The notes beneath the pieces were generated by a model, which did not search any database, was not told the DNA's origin, and saw only the letters and a program-made list of their open reading frames with translations. From Candidatus Latescibacterota bacterium (GTDB taxonomy: Bacteria; Latescibacterota; UBA2968; GCA-2709665), in contig OZ252100.1 in assembly GCA_965248435.1 (NCBI GenBank), forward strand, positions 3,520,001 through 3,584,000: DNA of 64,000 bases, given 5' to 3'. The translations under genes and the position numbers were made by a program. Shown in pieces: positions 56,598 to 64,000 of the stretch; the first letter of the stretch is position 1, and each line of letters opens with the position of its first letter.

Positions 56598-57818
56598 ATG
56601 AAATCACAGCGACATTTCTTCCAGAATGCCTCAGGAGAAAAGCTCGGGGCGCGTTTGGATTTTCCCGATGGCGGGAGCTCGCGTGCCTGCGCCTTGTTCG
56701 CCCACTGCTTCACCTGCTCCAAAAACCTGAAGGCAGTGGGGAACATCAGTCAGGCACTCACTGAGGAAGGGATCGCCGTGCTCCGGTTCGATTTTACGGG
56801 CCTGGGAGAGAGCGAGGGGGATTTCGCGGATACGAATTTCTCTTCCAACGTGGCGGACCTGATTTCTGCGGCCGATTTTTTGAAATCGGAATTGGACGCC
56901 CCGAGGATCCTGATCGGGCATTCACTCGGAGGCGCTGCCGTGCTGCAGGCTGCTGCCGACATTCCGTCTGTCCTGGCAGTGGCGACGATCGGGGCGCCGG
57001 CTGAGCCGTCGCACGTGACCCGCCTCCTGGAAAGCGAGCGAGCGACGATTGAAGCGGAAGGCGAGGCCGAGGTCAACCTGGCAGGGAGGACGTTCAGGAT
57101 CAAGAAGCAGTTCCTGGATGACCTGGACCGTGCACGAATGACAGAACGGATCCGTGATCTCAAACGGGCGCTGATGATCTTTCACTCGCCTGTGGACGAT
57201 ACGGTGGGCATCGACAATGCGGGCGAGATCTTTCAGGCAGCACGACATCCCAAGAGTTTCGTATCTCTGGACGCGGCGGACCACCTCCTGCTGGACGAGC
57301 GGGATTCGCGTTATGTGGGCTCTGTGATCTCTGCCTGGGCGAGCAAGTATATCGAGCACCCGGCTCCCCGAGAAGAGGAGATACCGGCATCGGAGGGTTG
57401 GGTCACGGTGCAAACAGGGGCGACCGGCTACAGGACAGATATTCGATCCGACGGCCATCGCCTGGTCGCGGATGAACCCGTTGGGTATGGCGGAACGGAC
57501 ACGGGACCCAGCCCGTACGACTACCTGTCCGTCGCCCTGGGTTCGTGTACTTCGATTACGCTTCGGATGTACGCAGACCGAAAGGGCTGGCCGCTTGATC
57601 GGATTCGCGTGCGACTGCGGCACCAGAAGATCCACGCCGAGGACTGCTCGGCGTGCGAGACGGAGACCGGGTTGGTCGACCGGATCGAACGCGAGATCGA
57701 TCTCTCGGGTCCTCTGGATGATCTGCAGCGCAGGCGGCTGATCGAGATCGCCGACCGATGTCCAGTCCATCGAACGCTACATTCGGAGGTTTCCGTAGAG
57801 ACTCACCTGAAAAGGTGA
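56598..57818 (+). CDS. Bifunctional alpha/beta hydrolase / OsmC family protein
   Basis: FAHCFTCSK, GHSLGG, then ADEP..GG..GPSPYD..CT..TLRMYA..K.WP and CPVHRTL. Confidence 0.93.
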   Translation: MKSQRHFFQNASGEKLGARLDFPDGGSSRACALFAHCFTCSKNLKAVGNISQALTEEGIAVLRFDFTGLGESEGDFADTNFSSNVADLISAADFLKSELDAPRILIGHSLGGAAVLQAAADIPSVLAVATIGAPAEPSHVTRLLESERATIEAEGEAEVNLAGRTFRIKKQFLDDLDRARMTERIRDLKRALMIFHSPVDDTVGIDNAGEIFQAARHPKSFVSLDAADHLLLDERDSRYVGSVISAWASKYIEHPAPREEEIPASEGWVTVQTGATGYRTDIRSDGHRLVADEPVGYGGTDTGPSPYDYLSVALGSCTSITLRMYADRKGWPLDRIRVRLRHQKIHAEDCSACETETGLVDRIEREIDLSGPLDDLQRRRLIEIADRCPVHRTLHSEVSVETHLKR

Positions 57819-57836
57819 TCCAGGCGGAGCCACACC

Positions 57837-58340
57837 ATGACCAGGGAAGCGGCCTACTGGATCGAGAAGCTGAGCCTCAAACCCCATCCTGAAGGTGGAT
57901 ACTTCCGGGAGGTCTACCGATCGAAAGAAACGATTCCAGCGGGGGCACTTCCAGACCGGTTCGATGGAGATCGGACGTTTTCGACCGCGATCTATTTTCT
58001 GCTCGAAAGTGACCAGATCTCTGCCTTCCACCGCATCAAGTCGGACGAGGTGTGGCATTTTTATTCCGGGTCATCTTTGACTATACATATTATAGATGAC
58101 CAAGGGGGCTACGTTCAGCAAGGACTGGGAGGAAATCTGGAGGCGGACGAGAGTTTTCAGGCGATCATCCCCGCCGGATCGTGGTACGGGGCTTCGGTGA
58201 ATACCCCCGATTCCTATTCGCTGGTCGGCGGGACGGTGGCTCCAGGATTCGACTTCGCTGACTTCGAGCTGGCCAAAAGGGATGAGCTACTAAGAAACTA
58301 TCCGGGGCACGGCGAGATTATCGAGCGATTGACGACGTGA
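57837..58340 (+). CDS. Cupin_5 (DUF985) protein
   Basis: HPEGGYF, TAIYFLL, FHRIKSDEVWHFY, VAPGFDF. Confidence 0.92.
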   Translation: MTREAAYWIEKLSLKPHPEGGYFREVYRSKETIPAGALPDRFDGDRTFSTAIYFLLESDQISAFHRIKSDEVWHFYSGSSLTIHIIDDQGGYVQQGLGGNLEADESFQAIIPAGSWYGASVNTPDSYSLVGGTVAPGFDFADFELAKRDELLRNYPGHGEIIERLTT

Positions 58341-58401
58341 GCTTTTATATTGTGCGCAAGACTAAAGTCGGACGAGAGTCGAGCCTTGCAGGGAAGGGGT
58401 T

Positions 58402-59346
58402 ATGACGAGGGTGGGGATCGTCAGCCACACGGATTATTTGAAGCACGACACAGGGCCCGGGCACCCGGAGCGGCCGGACAGACTCCGGGCGATCCACGGA
58501 CGCCTGGACGAGACAGGTCTTGCCCAGGACCTTGACCCGATCGTCCCCAGATCGGTCGAGCAATCGTGGCTGGAGGCCGTCCACGCGCGAGCGCACGTAG
58601 ACAACGTCAGGTCATTGTGTGAGAAGGGTGCCCCGCACATGGGCGATGGGGAGACGACGATCTGTCCCCCTTCGTTCGACATCGCATCCCTTGCAGTCGG
58701 TGGGACCTTCGAAGCGGTAGACGCGGTGATGGGAGACCGGGTTGACTCCGTTTTCTGTGCGGTAAGGCCGCCGGGTCACCACGCTGAGCGAGACAGGGCG
58801 ATGGGGTTCTGTCTGTTCAACAATGTGGCGATTACGGCTCGCTACATCCAGAAGACCCACGAACTGGAGCGTGTGCTGATCATCGACTGGGACGTCCATC
58901 ACGGGAATGGCACTCAGCACATTTTTGACAGAGATCCGACCGTTTTCTATTTCAGCATCCATCAGTATCCCCACTATCCTGGGACCGGCGACTCGAATGA
59001 GATTGGAATTGACGAGGGTGAGGGGACGACGCTGAACGTTCCGGTCGGCGCAGGGTCTGGGGATTCTGAATATCTCGATGCCTTCAGGGAGCGTCTGCTT
59101 CCCGCTGCAGAGGAATTCCAACCTGAGTTCGTAATTATCTCCGCGGGCTTCGATGCACACAGAGATGATCCTTTGTCGGGAACGCGTGTAACGGAGGCAG
59201 GGTTTGGAGAGATGACCCAATTCGTCCTTCAGATTGTAAGAGATTTCGCCGAGGGCCGTCTGATCTCTGTCCTGGAGGGAGGTTACAACCTGGACAGCCT
59301 TTCCAGGAGCCTGGAGACACACCTGCGGACGCTGCTGGAGGCTTGA
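58402..59346 (+). CDS. Histone deacetylase family amidohydrolase
   Basis: GHPE, RPPGHHA, GFCLFNN, DWDVHHGNGT, SAGFDAH, LEGGY. Confidence 0.95.
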   Translation: MTRVGIVSHTDYLKHDTGPGHPERPDRLRAIHGRLDETGLAQDLDPIVPRSVEQSWLEAVHARAHVDNVRSLCEKGAPHMGDGETTICPPSFDIASLAVGGTFEAVDAVMGDRVDSVFCAVRPPGHHAERDRAMGFCLFNNVAITARYIQKTHELERVLIIDWDVHHGNGTQHIFDRDPTVFYFSIHQYPHYPGTGDSNEIGIDEGEGTTLNVPVGAGSGDSEYLDAFRERLLPAAEEFQPEFVIISAGFDAHRDDPLSGTRVTEAGFGEMTQFVLQIVRDFAEGRLISVLEGGYNLDSLSRSLETHLRTLLEA

Positions 59347-59348
59347 GG

Positions 59349-60218
59349 ATGGGACCGCAGGGCGAAATCGTGGTTGCGTTTCAGGGGGAGATGGGGGCCT
59401 TCAGCGAAGCTGCTGCTCGGGCATACTTTCACGAAGCAGTGGCCGTTGTTCCCCATCCGAGCTTTTTCAAACTTTTCGAGGCCGTCGAAGGTGGGCGCTG
59501 TACGCACGGGGTCGTTCCCATCGAGAACTCACTTGCAGGGAGCATTCACGAGAATTACGACCTGCTGCTGAAACACAACCTTCAAATCGTGGGCGAACTC
59601 AAGCTGAGGGTTGTGCATAATCTGATCGTGAATCACGGCGTGAAGCTTGAAGAGGTCAGGAGAATTTTTTCTCATCCGCAGGCGCTCGCTCAATGCAGCG
59701 ATTTCATAAAGGGCCTGGCGGACGCCGACGCGATCGTAGACTACGACACGGCCGGGGCGGTTAAGCGCATCAAGGAATCAGGCACTCGAGCGGCGGCTTC
59801 CATCGCAAGCGCGCAGGCGGCCCTCGACTACAATCTCGAGATCTTGAGGCCGCGTATCGAGAACAACCACCAAAATTTCACCCGGTTTCTTGTAGTGGCG
59901 ATGGAAGCAGTGAAACCGGAAGGTCCCGCAAAGACCTCGATCGTGTATGCGCTCAAGAACGAGCCGGGTGTTCTATTCAGAAGTCTTGGAGCGTTTGAAG
60001 CCAGAAATATCAACCTTCTCAAGATTGAATCGCGGCCGCTAGATGGACGGCCCTGGGAGTACGCATTCTATCTCGATTTCTCAGGAGACCTGGAGGAGGA
60101 GAGCGGCGTGCAGGCGATACAAGAACTGAGAGAGATGGCGACTTTCCTGAAGATCCTGGGTTCCTACGCTCAGGGAGAGACCGTTGAAGGGAAAGTGAGA
60201 CAAAAGGGGGTTTCGTGA
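59349..60218 (+). CDS. pheA: Prephenate dehydratase with ACT domain
   Basis: FQGEMGAFSE, PIENS, SHPQALAQC, NFTRF, IESRP. Confidence 0.95.
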   Translation: MGPQGEIVVAFQGEMGAFSEAAARAYFHEAVAVVPHPSFFKLFEAVEGGRCTHGVVPIENSLAGSIHENYDLLLKHNLQIVGELKLRVVHNLIVNHGVKLEEVRRIFSHPQALAQCSDFIKGLADADAIVDYDTAGAVKRIKESGTRAAASIASAQAALDYNLEILRPRIENNHQNFTRFLVVAMEAVKPEGPAKTSIVYALKNEPGVLFRSLGAFEARNINLLKIESRPLDGRPWEYAFYLDFSGDLEEESGVQAIQELREMATFLKILGSYAQGETVEGKVRQKGVS

Positions 60219-61384
60219 TGAATTTCGCTGACAGGTTATCCTTGCTGGGCACCGAGACGGCATTCGAAGTACTTGTCAAGGCTCGAGCGCTCGAGGCCGA
60301 GGGAAGGGACGTCGTTCACCTGGAGATCGGTGAGCCCGACTTCGATACACCGAGACATATCATCGAAGCGGGACAGAAGGCCCTGGACGAGGGGTATACC
60401 CACTACGGTCCCTCGGCAGGTCTGCCCGAGCTCCGCCAGGCGATTGCGGAGGACGTCGGGACCCTGCGGGGTACATCTGTGAATCCCGACCAGGTGGTGG
60501 TGACACCGGGCGGCAAGCCGATCATGTTTTTCACGATACTTGCCCTGGCCCAAGAAGGGGATGAAGTCATTTATCCCAACCCGGGGTTTCCGATCTACGA
60601 ATCGGTCATCAAGTTTTCAGGCGCGAAACCCGTGCCCATCCCACTCCAGGAAGAACGGGAATTCGGTCTGGATGTGAATCAGCTGGCAGACCTTGTCACG
60701 GACCGGACGAAACTGATCATCATCAACTCTCCGCAGAACCCGACCGGAGGCGTTCTTGCGAAGGAGGACCTGAAGGCGATCGCGGAGATCGCGGTAAAGC
60801 ATCAGGTGCCGGTGATGGCGGATGAAATCTACTCCCGCATTATTTACGAGGATTTCAACAGCATCTCTGTCTACGAAGGGATGGAAGACCTGACGATTAT
60901 CCTGGACGGTTTCTCGAAGACCTACGCGATGACGGGCTGGAGGATGGGCTACGGTGTTATGCCACTTGACCTGGCCCCGCACGTCACTCGTCTGATGACG
61001 AACAGTAACTCGTGCACGGCCTCGATGACACAGCGCGCGGGGCTTGCGGCGCTTCAAGGGCCTCAGGACGCGGTAGGCGAGATGGCCGCGGAGTTCAAGA
61101 AGAGACGAGATGTCTTCACGGAAGGTTTGAACGCGATTCCAGGCATCAGCTGCACGATTCCCAGAGGGGCATTCTATCTCTTCCCGAACATCACCGGATT
61201 GGGTAAGAGTTCAAAAGAGGTTGCAGATGCCCTGTTGTATGAGGGAGACGTTGCCGCCCTGGCGGGCCCGGATTTCGGAGCTTACGGGGAGGGATATGTC
61301 CGGTTTTCTTACGCCAACTCGATCGAAAACATTCAGAAGGCCCTGGAGCGGATCGCGGATTGCGCGGCAAAGCTGCGAGGATGA
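60215..61384 (+). CDS. Class I/II PLP aminotransferase (aspartate/aromatic type)
   Basis: IGEPDF, NSPQNPTG, DEIY, GFSKTYAMTGWRMGY. Confidence 0.95.
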   Translation: MMNFADRLSLLGTETAFEVLVKARALEAEGRDVVHLEIGEPDFDTPRHIIEAGQKALDEGYTHYGPSAGLPELRQAIAEDVGTLRGTSVNPDQVVVTPGGKPIMFFTILALAQEGDEVIYPNPGFPIYESVIKFSGAKPVPIPLQEEREFGLDVNQLADLVTDRTKLIIINSPQNPTGGVLAKEDLKAIAEIAVKHQVPVMADEIYSRIIYEDFNSISVYEGMEDLTIILDGFSKTYAMTGWRMGYGVMPLDLAPHVTRLMTNSNSCTASMTQRAGLAALQGPQDAVGEMAAEFKKRRDVFTEGLNAIPGISCTIPRGAFYLFPNITGLGKSSKEVADALLYEGDVAALAGPDFGAYGEGYVRFSYANSIENIQKALERIADCAAKLRG

Positions 61385-61409
61385 TCGTCCGTATACATCT
61401 TGAAATTAT

Positions 61410-61443
61410 CACCCTCCCGCAGGATGCGGGAGGGTGTTTTTTT
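61410..61443 (+). terminator. Intrinsic terminator
   Basis: CACCCTCCCGCA-gga-TGCGGGAGGGTG followed by T7. Confidence 0.92.
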
Positions 61444-61503
61444 GATTACATTTGGAAGAGGAATTTGCGGATTTCCGGCGTCAGAATCGTGAGGAGGTGA
61501 ACC

Positions 61504-63241
61504 GTGGCGAAAAAGAATGGACGGCTGCACGCCTGTTCGATGGAAGACCTCAAGGCAAAGGGAAGTGTCGTCGTAACGGGAGGACCCGCTCCGATCGCTG
61601 TCTTCTATGACAACGGAGCTGCGCACGCCGTCGACAACCGGTGCCCCCACATGGGGTTTCCGTTCCATAAGGGCTCGGTGCAGGACGGGATCCTCACCTG
61701 CCACTGGCATCACGCCCGGTTCGATTTGAAGAGCGGGTGTACATTCGATCTCTTTGCAGACGACGCCATCTCTTATCCCGTGGAAATCAGCGATGGAGAG
61801 ATCTACGTCCTGACTGATGGGGTCGGTCGAGATCCGGTGGAACACGGGAAGCGGCGACTGAGGGAAGGGATGGAGCAGAACCTCCGGCTCGTGATCGCGA
61901 AAGCGGTCGTTGGCCTGCTCTGCGCGGATGTCGACGCGGATGAGATCGCACGCATTGGCGGCCTCTACGGCGTTCGTCACCGCCGGAGCGGATGGGCCTC
62001 GGGACTCACGATCCTCTCCGCAATGGCGAATGTCTGTGACCATCTGGAAAAGGAAGAGAAGATCGCACCCCTGTATCACGGGCTCGTTCACGTCGCAGCG
62101 AATTGTGCTGGCCAGCCGCAGAGGTTCGACCTGCGTCCACTGGATTCCGAGGATGTCTCGCTGGACACCCTCAAACGCTGGTTCCGAACCTTCGTGGAGG
62201 TGCGCGACTCCGACGGCGCTGAGCGGTGCCTGCTGACCGCAATCCATCAAGGGGCCGGCGATAGAGAGCTTGCAGATTTGATGGTTTCCGCCGCGACGGA
62301 TTACTTCTACCTGGACACGGGGCACGTGGTGGACTTCATCAACAAGGCGTTCGAGCTCCTGGATCGAATCGGCTGGGAGCACGCCGCCCAGGTCCTGCCT
62401 TCCCTGGTCAGGCAGCTCAGTTCGGCCCGCAGGGGCGAAGAGCTTAACGCATGGCGGCACCCGATCGACCTGGTCCCCATTCTCCGTGCTGCGTTTGAAC
62501 AGCTTCCGGAACTGACGGAGGCAGGGGCGGGGAAGACATGGGAGCGATCCGATGAGTTTGTGCAGACGCTTCTCGGAGAGGATCCGAATGCCAGCGTAGA
62601 GGCCCTGAAGGACGCTCTTCGAGAAGGGGCCGGCCAAGTTCAGCTTGCCCGGACGGTGACTTACGCCGCGGCACTCCGCGTCGCCAGGTTTCACGTCCAG
62701 AACGAATTCTCCGACTGGCTCGTGGTGCTGCATACGTTTTCATACCTGAATGCGCTGCATCAGCTGATGAAGCGAAACGATTCGCCTGATCTGCTGCGAG
62801 GCGTTTTCCACGGCGCGATGCGTGTCTACCTGGATCGGTTCCTGAATATCCCGCCGGCACGACTCCCGTCCGAGAACGGGAAGGCTGGAGATTCCGATGC
62901 TTCGCTGGACGGGTTTCTGGACCGGCTAGATCACCAGCAGCAGACGGATGAGGCTGGGCGGCTGGTCTACCGCTACCTGAAGTCTGGGGGTGAAGCGACT
63001 TCCCTATATCGGATCCTGGCGGAGTCACTGGTGCGGGAGGACGCGGAGTTTCACAGCTTCCAGGTGCTGGAAGCAGCGATTCGCCAGTACGGGGAACTGG
63101 AAGACGAAGAGGCGCGCAGGATGGTGATGGTGGCTGCGGCGCGTTACCTGGCCGCGCGCCCCGACGCAGCGCGAAATGCTCCAGACCCTCCAGGTGGCGC
63201 TTCGCCTCCATCGGGGGGAGCCGGTCTACGAGGCCGAATAG
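61504..63241 (+). CDS. Rieske (2Fe-2S) domain fused to a long helical region; probable frameshift near 63157
   Basis: CPHMG..CHWH Rieske ligands; a plausible C-terminus APTQREMLQTLQVALRLHRGEPVYEAE* lies in another frame ending at TAG 63241 (as-read ORF ends 63297). Confidence 0.8.
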
Positions 63242-63339
63242 GGCAATGTCTCGTATCATTCGGGGCGAATGACCGAGCAAACGACGGACGTCCTTAGGCA
63301 GTCTATTTTCTGTCCAATTGTTGTTTTTTAGTGATTTAG

Positions 63340-63369
63340 AGCAATATTCCACGCGCGTGGAATATTGCT
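63340..63369. repeat. Perfect 30-bp palindrome with no spacer
   Basis: AGCAATATTCCACGC|GCGTGGAATATTGCT. Confidence 0.95.
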
Positions 63370-63506
63370 GTCGTTCGCAGAACCAAAACCACCCACCCGC
63401 AGCCACCGCATTCCCCAATCCGAAATCCGTGACTGAAGAAATCGTATCCCGTTCTCGGTGAATCTCTCCGAAACCCTTTATCTGTAGAGCCGTTGGGTTC
63501 CAGCGA

Positions 63507-64000
63507 CTACCACATCACCCTGAAGTGCGTCGCCGATGTATCCACCTGACCGGTCTTGAGGTCGGTCACCACGACCCGGAATTCCCGGTAGCCCGGCATC
63601 GAGCCGTCCATGTCCAGAGTCAGATAGTTCGGCTCCCAGTCTCTCGTCCCCTCACGCGAATATGAGACAGTTGTCGTCCAGTCGGGGTCGGGGTTTTCCA
63701 CACCCTCCTCGAGGGCGCGGACCTGGTATTCGGTCTGGTAGTGCGTCGACCCGAACTCGTCGCGGGCAAGATTGTAGACCTCGAAGTAGAAAGAGGCCTG
63801 TCCAAAGCGCTCGCAGCGCCCGATCGGGTTGGGCAGCACCATGAACGCCTCGCGGCCGAACGGTCTGTCGTTTCGTTCCACGACCTTTCTGGCCAGGAGC
63901 AGACTGCTTACCTGGAGCGAGTCCCGGCCAAAGCGACGCACGGGTAAATCGTATCGGAAGGTACCGATGGTCTTCGTCTCCGCATCCTCCACCTCCGCGG
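63507..64000 (-). CDS. C-terminal part of a probable GWxTD-domain-containing protein (start outside window)
   Basis: LQVSSLLLA..PNP..FYFEVYNL..VTDLKTG Ig-like tail resembles GWxTD proteins; the GWxTD motif itself is not in the window. Confidence 0.55.
   Translation of the reverse strand, partial: AEVEDAETKTIGTFRYDLPVRRFGRDSLQVSSLLLARKVVERNDRPFGREAFMVLPNPIGRCERFGQASFYFEVYNLARDEFGSTHYQTEYQVRALEEGVENPDPDWTTTVSYSREGTRDWEPNYLTLDMDGSMPGYREFRVVVTDLKTGQVDTSATHFRVMW

Noticed and set aside
63340-63369. Palindrome as a parS site
   Set aside because: parS is a 16-bp TGTTTCACGTGAAACA-like motif; the extra central bases and different arms do not fit

Overview
GC-rich bacterial genomic window; gene content (GWxTD-type C-terminus, many Gfo/MlrC/Ldh_2/beta-propeller genes) suggests an FCB-group lineage such as Latescibacterota, which is inference only. 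1-618 is the end of smc. 791-29002 (minus strand) is a ~28-kb flagellar basal-body/hook/export cluster: flgB, a small hypothetical, SLT, fliE-F-H-I-J, motE-like, fliK, flgD, TIGR02530-type gene, flgE, flbD, motA, two motB, fliN-O-P-Q-R, flhB-A-F-G, fliA, HDOD, GAF histidine kinase and a membrane-anchored HTH-like protein. flgC, fliG, fliL and fliM are cleanly absent from their usual positions. FliK is very long (925 aa) with an 87-bp tandem repeat. Two sigma54+IHF promoters are visible. flgE is preceded by a structured ~115-nt leader directly downstream of the TIGR02530-type gene, which is the best candidate for an undescribed RNA-protein regulatory module. 29380-63241 (plus strand) holds modBC and a run of metabolic/catabolic genes, including two tandem ~940-aa paralogues, mnmA, pheA and two frameshifted genes. 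Intergenic 7-bp-period repeats, REP-like palindromes and a perfect 30-bp palindrome occur in this half. No rRNA, tRNA, CRISPR array or transposase was recognised. All product calls come from motif recognition, not database searches.
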